A DNA stretch of 64,000 nucleotides, from positions 28,963 to 92,962 of IMG/VR virus record IMGVR_UViG_3300035188_001035; one strand, written 5' to 3'. Numbering within the stretch: the stretch's first letter is position 1; each line of letters opens with the position of its first letter. The notes under the pieces were generated by a model. That model saw only the letters and a list, made by a program, of their open reading frames with translations. It had not been told where the DNA came from and ran no database searches. Origin of the DNA: a virus. Of the stretch, positions 21,001 to 30,730 are shown piece after piece. Position numbers and translations under genes: made by a program.

Positions 21001-22004
21001 TCAACCTGTATAGGAAATCCTGTGAGATCGTATCCTAACATCATCCGAGCTTTTGTTTCTGTAACAACATTGGCTAAATAATGAACTTGTTCACCAATAA
21101 CAAATTTATTACTATTCGCATAAATTTCTTCGAATCCGCGTTCTCCCTTTGTGCAAATACCAGAGGAGAATCCAGCAGATATAATATCTTTTATTGGATT
21201 ATCATTTGTTGGTATAATAGTTCTATCTATTAGATTAATAAATATAGTATATCTTTGGAGTGTAACATAAAAATCACAACCACAAGCATCACATGCCTCA
21301 CTAATTAAATTTAATAAATTACTTTCAGAATTAGATGTTCTAGCATATGGTGCTCTAAATAATAATGTATTAATCAACAATTGAAAGTTTAACGATAATC
21401 TATATTGTCCATTAGTTGTCACTATACCAGTATTATATTGTTGTATAGCGCGTAAAGCATCAACTAGATAAACCTGGTTATCACCAGATGATCTTCCCCA
21501 ATTGTTACAATTATTAACTCGTGGCCAATTGTGGGTATCTTCTCCCGGAGGACACAGTGCAACATCTTTGTGCATCCAAGCGCAAACATTCATAAAGTTA
21601 TAATTATCTAATGATGGTACTGGACAATAATATCCTTTTAATAAAACAGATACATACTCTAACATTTTTCTAGGATCAATAACTTGTACCTTATATCTTA
21701 ATCCATTACTACTTAAACTTTCTGTAGCTGATGTTAGTATTCCACCAAAAGATAATCCAGGAGTAGAAGATCCTTGATTAGCATAAACATTAAATAAAAC
21801 TGGTGTTCCTACTTCTGCTATTTGACCCGCTCCTTGACCAGCACAAGGATCAACAACCAATTCCATATCCAAAGTTGATGATGCCGCACCTATGCCTAAT
21901 ACTAGACTAAAATTACTTAGCCATAAATTACTGGATACAACTTGTCCACCAGATGGTGTTGTAAATGTAAATAGGGCGCTCCTAGAATCACATTTCGTTG
22001 GCAT
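18093..22004 (-). CDS. large tail-tip / baseplate hub-like protein
   Basis: 1303 aa downstream of TMP and distal-tail genes; hub-like N-terminus (FGGIL...YKVQVIDPR); contains acidic/PT insertion. Confidence 0.55.
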   Translation of the reverse strand: MPTKCDSRSALFTFTTPSGGQVVSSNLWLSNFSLVLGIGAASSTLDMELVVDPCAGQGAGQIAEVGTPVLFNVYANQGSSTPGLSFGGILTSATESLSSNGLRYKVQVIDPRKMLEYVSVLLKGYYCPVPSLDNYNFMNVCAWMHKDVALCPPGEDTHNWPRVNNCNNWGRSSGDNQVYLVDALRAIQQYNTGIVTTNGQYRLSLNFQLLINTLLFRAPYARTSNSESNLLNLISEACDACGCDFYVTLQRYTIFINLIDRTIIPTNDNPIKDIISAGFSSGICTKGERGFEEIYANSNKFVIGEQVHYLANVVTETKARMMLGYDLTGFPIQVDGINFTVPINTSPIAAIINGFPPMFTISEEEILFTGSSEMWKLYGIICNENNKQSLSGTLINLLGLGQVNLRRVLDAFNALQGFANNGNVNGFARAMDDISGISTAFSAAVNVVLYERAYAWFQQFIKTWYGRYWLVPVNTICAHAPYGLYGGMASDNTSVSLSDVPVEAGYGTPANRMGLIDPSLFITQDGKVNGFGMISAAGSRKRRIGAFDIDFIISKDFSDNNYVYQPTNNMIYGSLTTTGQVYNNPQTNTNDVVIQTPFLGLTVNADNRIKTQGLRALAAMLGMAQNVTDFISNHQQGIKGATRKTAINIFKLENAAAMYYAVNIPMKSNIYVYGPWVGSQGQIGSTEIVKTDLSPWAYGDYAGMNTVGTALSNAGLRFTNKTESGSVTLAEPPAYSIGVFRNTIATIKSINVNYNEGGVTSDYSFQVYSAKFGQYAKALSDEVQKANKERNRILDIIRTQRKNSLIMVAETRKAIAQRLKDLGIQEILSRVASPNVSASPSSLLIGGYYDAILEEEDNGGGGGEENNEPTPTPTPTPNNECTPSIAINLDGICDSSFDQCEEEQQPEEEEEEDTSEEDSSSSTTRKNYEMGLNTLKEVESAVTGDAVYNMALMSLDGLISPVSIKGRKYRLSPYFQSWDQDDENSSTNKKNSGSKGLPINQKYLNPILSKKLLEEWDSRGESDSTNILMLSFGEDIADIKSSHDPDRYDDHDDFGFCALRGPLVLQAWGYDTDGKPIPNSTDIQIDTEKGIFNNSGLADKFMDNWLANPRTWPVAPIDLRFDRKRGVWVAGGDSNKIVIAQLTERIDPMCSGEAKLAGSGCNFINVKDYLGKTYYKGSKIYAKLHENNEYIIMEHVSSAPLLVTGTADNDFTSNTASGISVNVDHSMSSECILGSTLINDVRNPLGYGAAAGDLVTMYLICDSSLGGDESASDCPGGTYMIIGTGSPPLFSTTEECLDDGGPP

Positions 22005-22017
22005 AATATAATTCCTT

Positions 22018-24468
22018 CTAACTAATATTTAGTTTATTTTGATATTCAGTAAATATTAAATTTACTAATTCATTAGAATTATTATTTAGAATAATCCTAG
22101 TCTCATTCTGATATAATAAATTATCCGCTAGATAAGTATCATCTCCTTTAATTATATATACACCCGGTATTAAATTAGTAAAAGTAGTATCTTCATTAAA
22201 TGAATTATAATAATTTTTTGGACCAATAATAGCACATTGTGTATTTTGTGGACTAATTTTAACAGATAGGGTCAGTCCTTCTGATTCTATAGTATTAATT
22301 TCACCAAGGCTGGTAGACTCATAAGAGGATCCACCAAACAATGATTTGACCCAAGTTGATATAATAAAAGAGTTTTCTAATGTGTCTGTAAGGACACTAG
22401 GAATAAAAGTATTGTTTTGGTTACCTATGTAAACTAAGATATCACCATATTTTATCAAGTCTAAAATTGATCTATTATAAATGGTCAAGACCTGTTGCAT
22501 ATTTAAAAAATGATTATCATAATCTATAGTATTATTATTAAAGCTTAAATATTTTGGAATATTATTAAATCTATCTTTAATTCTAACAATCATATATCTT
22601 TCATCTAAATTTGAAACATATTGAGTATCTTTAATAAGATTATTTTCAAATAAAATATTTTTCAATTCAGAATCTGTTGAATTAAAAGTATAATATTCTA
22701 TAGAATAAATATTATTTAATGATTCTTCTGGTGTGAAGAATGTGCTTTGGCCCTGAATATCTAAACTAATTTCACCAGTATGTTTAGGATCTGTTATACT
22801 ATATATATAAATATTATTATAGTTATTTGAGTTATTAATAACTTTGATTAATTGTTTAATGTGCTGTAAATAGTTAAAAGAATTTGGATATATATCACAT
22901 ATAATATTATTAATATCTATATTATAAGTTAGTAAATTAAATTTTTGTAAAAAATTAATTGTAGTATCATAAGATAATGGTGAATATAGATTTTTTAATA
23001 TGCTGGTAGATATTTCTTCTATGATAATATCATTATCTGTTGAAGAACCGATAGCAATACCAGCACAACCACCGTTAAAAAATTCTCGATATCCGGTACC
23101 GTTTATAATCAGGCTTCCCTTAATCAAACTAGGATTGTCACTATCAATTTCATTAGATTTTAATCCTAGTGTCATGTCAAAAGATTCTTTTGTTTTTAAA
23201 TTCAACAAAGATACCACAGAAGATGGATCCTGTACTCCTGGTGAAATATGAAAATAATAAAACCATTCATTAGAATTGTTTCCTAATTTTAATAATTCAA
23301 TAGTACCATCAGTAATAGAATATTTATCTAACATATTTCTAACAACAAGAAACTCATTTTGCACACCATTAATATTAAAATATATACTACTATTAATTGA
23401 CAAATTTTGTATGGTTTGCCAAAGAGTAGAGTTTTGTACAATATATTTATATGGTATCAGTACTGTATCAAATATATCTCTTGTTAAAACTAAATTCTTA
23501 GTAACGATTGGATTGTCTGGTTGAAGTCTAATATTAATATTCATTGGACTAATATTAGGTATAATAAAAGACGATTCTAATGAACACCGATTATCAAGTG
23601 GTGACGGATTCACATACATTGTATAATTACCGGGTGGAAAAGCATTATAGAATTTATAATGATATGTCTTTTTATCATAATTATTAATTTGTGTATTAGT
23701 AATATCTTGGTATTGAATATAATCTGTAGATGGTCCTAATGGTCCAGACTGATTAGTGTAGAAATTAAAAGAATCAACACTTGTAATTTCTGTCACAAAA
23801 GGATTATTAAATTTAGAATATACATATGTTTGTTCTGTAGTATTATTAATAAATTTTAAATCAAACGGACCGTATCCAGTAAGCTTGAATTCTAGTGAGC
23901 CATAGGAATCATATAGAGCTGGTGGATATATATTATCGTATTGAATACTGATAGTATCATTTTTAACAGTAAACTCTGTGCCGGTAACAGAACAATTATT
24001 GCTATCTATAATCGTGGGTAGGTATGTTCCGGGAATTAAGTTATCTATAGTAAAAACATCATTATTATTGATAGTTGTTGTAGAATCTCCGAGAATAACT
24101 CTATATGGACTAATTCCTCCAATAATTTGAGCTTTATAATATCCATTATTAAAACAACTATACTCTGATTGTTGTATTTCATTCAAAATTAATTCATCTG
24201 GTGATTCTATAGATATTGTTGTTATTGAACTATATGTATTATCAATTAAACTTTTGAGTTTGTATGAATAAGTTCCATTCGATAAATTAAACACTTTTCT
24301 GGTATCATTAGAGATTTGATTAGCTGAAATATTATTTGACCACTCCACAACATACGAAGCAAATGATACTATTTCTGCTTGGTTTGTAAATTGAATAGAT
24401 GTTATTCTTATCGATCCGCTACTATTACTATAGCATTTATTATCTGTTTTAATATATTTTGTGATCAT
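22018..24468 (-). CDS. tail-associated protein with N-terminal SprB-like repeats
   Basis: CYSNSSGSI...WSN...NLSNGTY and SCFNNG...GGISPY...NLIPGTY...DSNNCS repeats. Confidence 0.55.
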   Translation of the reverse strand: MITKYIKTDNKCYSNSSGSIRITSIQFTNQAEIVSFASYVVEWSNNISANQISNDTRKVFNLSNGTYSYKLKSLIDNTYSSITTISIESPDELILNEIQQSEYSCFNNGYYKAQIIGGISPYRVILGDSTTTINNNDVFTIDNLIPGTYLPTIIDSNNCSVTGTEFTVKNDTISIQYDNIYPPALYDSYGSLEFKLTGYGPFDLKFINNTTEQTYVYSKFNNPFVTEITSVDSFNFYTNQSGPLGPSTDYIQYQDITNTQINNYDKKTYHYKFYNAFPPGNYTMYVNPSPLDNRCSLESSFIIPNISPMNINIRLQPDNPIVTKNLVLTRDIFDTVLIPYKYIVQNSTLWQTIQNLSINSSIYFNINGVQNEFLVVRNMLDKYSITDGTIELLKLGNNSNEWFYYFHISPGVQDPSSVVSLLNLKTKESFDMTLGLKSNEIDSDNPSLIKGSLIINGTGYREFFNGGCAGIAIGSSTDNDIIIEEISTSILKNLYSPLSYDTTINFLQKFNLLTYNIDINNIICDIYPNSFNYLQHIKQLIKVINNSNNYNNIYIYSITDPKHTGEISLDIQGQSTFFTPEESLNNIYSIEYYTFNSTDSELKNILFENNLIKDTQYVSNLDERYMIVRIKDRFNNIPKYLSFNNNTIDYDNHFLNMQQVLTIYNRSILDLIKYGDILVYIGNQNNTFIPSVLTDTLENSFIISTWVKSLFGGSSYESTSLGEINTIESEGLTLSVKISPQNTQCAIIGPKNYYNSFNEDTTFTNLIPGVYIIKGDDTYLADNLLYQNETRIILNNNSNELVNLIFTEYQNKLNIS

Positions 24469-24477
24469 AATTAGCTT

Positions 24478-25941
24478 TTATCCGCATTTAATAAATTCTG
24501 TAGTTTTGCTATAAGTATATTTTCCTTCAGTTCTTTTATTTTTTAATTGCCACCAACTATTATATGGGGCTATTGCTGTTAACCAATAATTATCAACGCA
24601 CTCTATTAGTGTTGGCATTTTGGTAGTATCACAATTTTTTAAACTACCTCTTATAGTTACAGTAGCTCTATGAGGAGTATCCGCAACAACCTGTACTATA
24701 GCTTTATTACTATAAGGAATAGGTATTTCAATAGCCCTATAAACAGGTAATGATTCATCCACACTTAATTCGATAGAACCATCTCCCACAGGATCACAAC
24801 TATTAATATCATCAAATTGAGCACTAAAAGTTATTTCTCCGTTTACTGGCGATTTATTTAAAGAGCTGGATATTCTTTGATAGCAATACTGGAAACCCGA
24901 AGATGGACACGGATTTAAGGTTAATACACAATTACCAGCGATACCATTCAGGGCGACAAAATCACTTGATGGCCAAGTTCCATTAATTAATAATGGTTGT
25001 AATTGATTTAATGCTTGTAATGCATTGGCGTACCTTTCTTCTGTACAACTTTTATTATCTAATATATCTGTAGTAGCACTAGATAATCCTTTAATAGTTC
25101 CGCTAATGTTTCTGAAACGTTGATTTTTAACTTGATCTTTTTTATCTTCTGTATTAATATCAACAAATGCATATGGTGCGCATGATCCTTGGCTAACATA
25201 CATATCGAATGACCATGATACTAAACCATTACCAGTATTAATATCTAAAGATTTTGTATCTAACCATTTTGACCATCCGCTATATTTTCCTATAGGGTGT
25301 GACGAATCACACGCATTTAAAGCCATTAATGCTTTGGCTCTTTCTTTTATAATATCAATAGAATTTTGAATACCATTATATGATGGTATGCCACACACAT
25401 CTCTACCATAAGAAGCAACATTAAGTCTTCCAGATATTTTAATATAGCTTTTAGATACCCCCATAATTTGATCAACAGAACCAAGGTTATTAACCTCTCC
25501 AATAATTTGAATGTTTTCATCATATTCTAATAAAAACAAAGCTTTAGTTATACATGTTTGTCTTAGAAAATCAGGGTCCGGATTAACTGCTGGTGATCCA
25601 TCTACAGTTTCTATAGCTATTTGTATAGTATAATTTGCAGTATATGGTTGATCACCCATAGTAATGTCAACACTGCGTATTCTGCCATTACCATTCAAAA
25701 AATCGCTACCACCAGAACATCCTATCATTAAATTAATACAACTATAATTAGTTTGATAAGTATTTAATTCAGCAATTTTTTGTTTAATATTTTTATCTAC
25801 AAGTGTTCCACTCAAAGTAACAATTAGAAAACCACCAATAGTATGTTCTCCAGCTTTTGTATATTCATACGATGTATTTACGAATGGTGCTGGTCGTAAA
25901 CTAGTGCCATTTAAAAATACAGAATCAAATTTAGAACTCAT
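24478..25941 (-). CDS. tail structural protein (distal-tail-like), paralog of 25954-27432
   Basis: Position after TMP/fibre; shared motifs with neighbour. Confidence 0.55.
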   Translation of the reverse strand: MSSKFDSVFLNGTSLRPAPFVNTSYEYTKAGEHTIGGFLIVTLSGTLVDKNIKQKIAELNTYQTNYSCINLMIGCSGGSDFLNGNGRIRSVDITMGDQPYTANYTIQIAIETVDGSPAVNPDPDFLRQTCITKALFLLEYDENIQIIGEVNNLGSVDQIMGVSKSYIKISGRLNVASYGRDVCGIPSYNGIQNSIDIIKERAKALMALNACDSSHPIGKYSGWSKWLDTKSLDINTGNGLVSWSFDMYVSQGSCAPYAFVDINTEDKKDQVKNQRFRNISGTIKGLSSATTDILDNKSCTEERYANALQALNQLQPLLINGTWPSSDFVALNGIAGNCVLTLNPCPSSGFQYCYQRISSSLNKSPVNGEITFSAQFDDINSCDPVGDGSIELSVDESLPVYRAIEIPIPYSNKAIVQVVADTPHRATVTIRGSLKNCDTTKMPTLIECVDNYWLTAIAPYNSWWQLKNKRTEGKYTYSKTTEFIKCG

Positions 25942-25953
25942 ATTATCTCCAAT

Positions 25954-27432
25954 TTATACTGTACATTGTTGTAAATAATCTTTTTTAAGAGTTAAGCTAT
26001 TTAGTGTTCTATTGATATTGTTATTAACAATAATAAATCCTGTACCATCTCCACCACCTTGAAGATTAACAGTATCTGTTGCCTTGCCTATGTATTGTTC
26101 TATTAGCTTTTGTAGTTTATTTTTTAAATCATTGATAATACAAGAGTCAAATGCAGCACAAGAATTTCCATTGGACGATAAAGATGCTGTAAACTCATAT
26201 TTAAGAGGTCTGAATGTTTTTAAGTCTTGTAATAGTGTTCCATACATCGGAATAATATGTTCAACAACTATTGGCTCTCGATAATTAATATCAACTGTTA
26301 AATCAGTTCTAAATCCATTTTCTTCGCACGAATCGACAGTAGACCAATCGAAAGTAAAAGAAATAGAGCCATCAACTCTAGATTTAGATATTGTTGATGC
26401 AGAAGGTTTGATACAAAGAGCATTATCCAGTGTGGTGGTTTCGCAGGCTGTGATAGGGTTATTAGGACAATTTGGCTGTTTGATCAAAGATAATTCTGAA
26501 CCTTCCCATGAACTTAAATTAGAGAATCTATTTTTAATAACAGCTAATACAGAATCAGCATTAGCTAGTTTGGAATCCGTACAAGTATCAGACAAGTCTA
26601 TTAGATCTGACCATGATACGGATATCAGACCATTAATATTCCCTGTTATTGATCTTTTTTCGGTTTTATCTTGATAGTTTTTATTGTTTGCAAAAGTTAA
26701 ATCTACTAGAGCATACTTTTGTGTGGAGCATTGAGGAATCAGGATAATGGAAGCAGAAAAGGACACGGATCCATCTATATTAGTATCCATGCTTCTAGTT
26801 TGTAATAATTTAGTCCATGTTTTATATTCGCTAAATATTTCATGTTGTGGTCCAAATTTTACTAGTTTACGCAAAACAGTCATGGCTTTTTTAAACGTAT
26901 CGCCATCATCATTACATACTGGCTGACATTTAATATTTATTTTATTAGTAAATCTTACAAAAGTTTTAGAAAATTCTCCATTATTGTATAAATAACCATG
27001 GGAATCCTCACCTAATTCTATCTCTTCTGATTGATCTAAACTAGTTACACAATCAGATGCTACTATTCCTAAAGTATTTGGTGGTATAGTATCAATTTTA
27101 CTTTTAAGTTCTATACTATAAGCACCAAGATTAATCCATGCAGGATCAGCTCCCTGCTCTATATTAACATTAATTATTCTTGCCAAACCAGAATAAAATG
27201 AATCAAGGGTAACAGTAATGCACTGTGAGTCCCGACCAATATTTCTTATATTTTGTAGTTTACTCATAACCTGACTGCCGGTGATAGAGCCGTCATCAGA
27301 AACACTAACAGTACCAGTAACAGTATAAGATACTGAACCTCCTATAATTTCCCCTGATCGTGTTCTATAGTATTCTGGTCTACTTGTTACTTTAGCATCT
27401 TCTAATAATATTCCTGCTATAGTTACTGCCAT
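25954..27432 (-). CDS. tail structural protein (distal-tail-like), paralog of 24478-25941
   Basis: GEIIGG/GEHTIGG, RSITGNINGL/RNISGTIKGL, YALVDL/YAFVDI shared. Confidence 0.55.
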   Translation of the reverse strand: MAVTIAGILLEDAKVTSRPEYYRTRSGEIIGGSVSYTVTGTVSVSDDGSITGSQVMSKLQNIRNIGRDSQCITVTLDSFYSGLARIINVNIEQGADPAWINLGAYSIELKSKIDTIPPNTLGIVASDCVTSLDQSEEIELGEDSHGYLYNNGEFSKTFVRFTNKINIKCQPVCNDDGDTFKKAMTVLRKLVKFGPQHEIFSEYKTWTKLLQTRSMDTNIDGSVSFSASIILIPQCSTQKYALVDLTFANNKNYQDKTEKRSITGNINGLISVSWSDLIDLSDTCTDSKLANADSVLAVIKNRFSNLSSWEGSELSLIKQPNCPNNPITACETTTLDNALCIKPSASTISKSRVDGSISFTFDWSTVDSCEENGFRTDLTVDINYREPIVVEHIIPMYGTLLQDLKTFRPLKYEFTASLSSNGNSCAAFDSCIINDLKNKLQKLIEQYIGKATDTVNLQGGGDGTGFIIVNNNINRTLNSLTLKKDYLQQCTV

Positions 27433-27455
27433 AGTCCTTGTCCTTATAATAAATT

Positions 27456-30400
27456 TTAATTATTGCTTGAACTAATTGTTATCCAATTATCATTACCAGC
27501 GTGAACTAATGATATGTTTGTTGATGGTGCTAAACTTGTTAATTCTGTGCCATATCCGCTTTTTCTTATAAATATATAAAAACCAGTATCTCTATTTACT
27601 ATAGTAAATTTTTTACCCATATATAGTCCGGTACCATTAGGTAAATATAATATAGCTGGATTAACAGTTGGAGTTAAAAATTGATATTCTGCATCGTTTG
27701 CGGATAAGTATGTAGATGCTCCAGATAAAGAACCAGAAGTTGCTAGGTTTTCATATCTTAATCTACTATTATTTATGGTGTCGGTACTATCTGTCTGGTA
27801 AATCATTTTATGAATTGAACTAGTGCCAGTTGGCATAGTAGTTGGAGTTATATTTGTACCTGTTGGTGTTGATAATGAATTAATAATAACTCCACTATTT
27901 AATATAACACCACTATTAAACGAAGATATTCCATAGATATTTACGGCTCCACTTACACTAATACCAGATGCAATTTGTGCATTACTAACAGTGATATTGG
28001 TAAATATACCAGAAACAAATGTGCTTGTACCAGAACTCACTATGCCCGATGAAAATATTCCAGTGCCGCCTGCAATATTTATACCTGAATAAAAGGTTGC
28101 AGATCCCGAACTAATAATACCAGAAGCAAATGTTCCTGTTCCTATTACAATAATATTATCATCAAAAGTAAATTCATCATCAGAATAAAAATATATTCCA
28201 GTAGACTTTACTAATAATCCATTAGTGTTATTAGCAAAAATATGTATTCCGCTATTGCCTACTACGGTGCGATTATGTCCAATTACAATATTATCTGTTC
28301 CGCTAGCACTGGAGTTCATACCATGAATAATATTATTTAATCCTGTTGCATATGATTCTATACCACAAACTATATTATTTAAACCAGAGACTGATGATGA
28401 TTGTCCAAAAATAATTCCGCCAGAACCATATATACTATTATTATAGCCAACGATAACACCTGTCTCTTCGATATCTGCATAGTTACCATTACCGACAGCA
28501 AATACACTAGCAAAAAATGAAGAATTATCAAGAGTATTACTTCTGCCAACAGCAACAGATCCATTTGCAACAACAGTATTATTCTCTCCTATAGCTACAG
28601 AATAATCTCCATGAGCACCATTATCATAGCCCATACTAACACTATATAGGCCACTACTAGTATTATTATTACCAAGTGCTATTGCATAATTTTCATATGC
28701 ATTATTATTGTTTCCCAATAGAACTATACCAGTAGCTATAACTCCTGATGTAAGTGCGTTCATATTAGAACCAACCACCAGAGCACCACTACCAGAGCAA
28801 GAGATGTCTCGACCTAATAAAATATTATTTGTTCCACTACTATTGATATCTGTACCATATACTATATTACCACTATTAGTAATAGCATTATTTAATCCAT
28901 AAACGATATTTGTTCCACTAACACTATTATATCCTACAGAACAGGTATTTTTACCTAAATCAATAACTCCTGATTTATTGCCATCTACCAATACAAAAAC
29001 TTGATATTTACTATTTTCTAATCCTGAAGTTAATGCTGTTACATTATTACGTAATAATAAACCAGTAGTTGGCATATTAGAACTATTCATAAAAACGAAA
29101 CCAATAGTTTCGTTGATTCCACTAGACAGAATACTAGTATTTATAAGATTAAAATTGATATCACTATTAACACTAGTGTTATAGCTAATGTCTCCGGATT
29201 GACTTATTTTAATATACTTTGTATTATCATAACAAAGATATGTAGAATTGGATCCGCTAGCAGATATTCCTGATCCTCCAATAATCCAAATATTTGTGCC
29301 AGATACTGAATGATCATTGCCTATAATACCACAATAAGTTGAACCAGAAGACAACACATTATCATTACCTAATAGTATGCTGTTTTGTGCGGATGACGAG
29401 TTATTGGATCCTACTTGTATATTTTGTCCTATATTATCAGAGAATGTTCCTATAACTATACCATCAGTATTATCATTATCTGATCCTACTGTTAAACCGT
29501 CTGTTGAAATAATAAGATTGTCTTTTACTATACCATTATCATAAATTGAAGCTTTAATAGCAGACTTTTCTGATCCTGCTGTTGCAGAATCGATGTACGC
29601 TGATAATTGAACGTATGGTACTCCATTATTACTAGTATTAAGTCCGGAAAAAACTAGAGCGCCAATTCGATCATTACTAATATTTCCACTAGTACTACTA
29701 TTATGAATTGATAGTTCAGGACCAGTACCACTACTTTCTATAGTTAGTCCATTAGTTTCTGAAGTTTTAATATGAACAGTATCAAGAGGATTAGAATTAT
29801 TAATACCAATATTATTGGTGCTAGCATCAATAAATAATAAATGGGTTAATCCACTACCCTCTATTCTAAAATCTTTATCCAGTGACTGTTCATTGAATAC
29901 TACTGTGCCGCCAGAAATCGGTATAATAACATCCGCTGTTACAAGATTACCCGTTCCACCTATTTGTAATGAAGAATTTGAACTATTCCAATTTAATGCT
30001 GCTACTCCGCTAAAAGCTTGATTATTAACAATCTGAATAGTACCATCTATACCATAAGCGGATGTAGAGTCTTGAATAGGATCTAAAAATAACCAGCCAC
30101 TTTGTGATGGTACAGAAACTAATTGTATATAGTCATTAAGAATTGATAATGAATCTGATGAATTGCCATTAACAGTTTCTGTGCCGTATGGTAAAAACTC
30201 CACAGCATTTGCTTGTTCGTATTGACCACCTATAGTTTGATTTAAAAGAAATCCTAAAATGATAGGATCTTCTCCGACTACTGTGGGTAACGAAACCTGT
30301 ACGTTAGATGATGATGCATCAATAATATACGTGGTAGGTATATAGTCAGCAGTAAAATTAGCTGATTTTGATTCTACATTATTAAATGATGTATTGACTC

Positions 30401-30713
30401 TATCTTGACTAATAATAGTTTCTATGAACTTGGTACCACCAGAAAATGATACTAAATTATTGCTACTGCTTGAAGCTATTACAGTTTGTCTAACTAATTG
30501 ATCTATGCCTCCACTACTCGATATATATCCTGTGCCTATTTCCCATTCAAAATCATTATCTATTCTATAGATATAATAAGATAATAAATTATTGGCACCT
30601 ATTACATCAGAAAAACTTCTATAACCAGTAATAGCGCCAGATAATACAAGATTACCTGTTCCATTAGTTGTTGATGATTCTTTTACTCTATTAGCGTAGT
30701 ATTTAATTGACAT
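27456..30713 (-). CDS. tail fibre with YadA-head-like beta-roll repeats
   Basis: N-terminal ANRVKESSTTNGTGNLVLSGA phage fibre anchor; 14-aa repeats SVSMGYDN/SVAIGENN/SVAVGRSN. Confidence 0.75.
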   Translation of the reverse strand: MSIKYYANRVKESSTTNGTGNLVLSGAITGYRSFSDVIGANNLLSYYIYRIDNDFEWEIGTGYISSSGGIDQLVRQTVIASSSSNNLVSFSGGTKFIETIISQDRVNTSFNNVESKSANFTADYIPTTYIIDASSSNVQVSLPTVVGEDPIILGFLLNQTIGGQYEQANAVEFLPYGTETVNGNSSDSLSILNDYIQLVSVPSQSGWLFLDPIQDSTSAYGIDGTIQIVNNQAFSGVAALNWNSSNSSLQIGGTGNLVTADVIIPISGGTVVFNEQSLDKDFRIEGSGLTHLLFIDASTNNIGINNSNPLDTVHIKTSETNGLTIESSGTGPELSIHNSSTSGNISNDRIGALVFSGLNTSNNGVPYVQLSAYIDSATAGSEKSAIKASIYDNGIVKDNLIISTDGLTVGSDNDNTDGIVIGTFSDNIGQNIQVGSNNSSSAQNSILLGNDNVLSSGSTYCGIIGNDHSVSGTNIWIIGGSGISASGSNSTYLCYDNTKYIKISQSGDISYNTSVNSDINFNLINTSILSSGINETIGFVFMNSSNMPTTGLLLRNNVTALTSGLENSKYQVFVLVDGNKSGVIDLGKNTCSVGYNSVSGTNIVYGLNNAITNSGNIVYGTDINSSGTNNILLGRDISCSGSGALVVGSNMNALTSGVIATGIVLLGNNNNAYENYAIALGNNNTSSGLYSVSMGYDNGAHGDYSVAIGENNTVVANGSVAVGRSNTLDNSSFFASVFAVGNGNYADIEETGVIVGYNNSIYGSGGIIFGQSSSVSGLNNIVCGIESYATGLNNIIHGMNSSASGTDNIVIGHNRTVVGNSGIHIFANNTNGLLVKSTGIYFYSDDEFTFDDNIIVIGTGTFASGIISSGSATFYSGINIAGGTGIFSSGIVSSGTSTFVSGIFTNITVSNAQIASGISVSGAVNIYGISSFNSGVILNSGVIINSLSTPTGTNITPTTMPTGTSSIHKMIYQTDSTDTINNSRLRYENLATSGSLSGASTYLSANDAEYQFLTPTVNPAILYLPNGTGLYMGKKFTIVNRDTGFYIFIRKSGYGTELTSLAPSTNISLVHAGNDNWITISSSNN

Positions 30714-30730
30714 GTTAATTAATTTTACTC

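Noticed and set aside
17060-30713. Diversity-generating retroelement acting on fibres
   Set aside because: No reverse transcriptase and no TR/VR pair visible in the window
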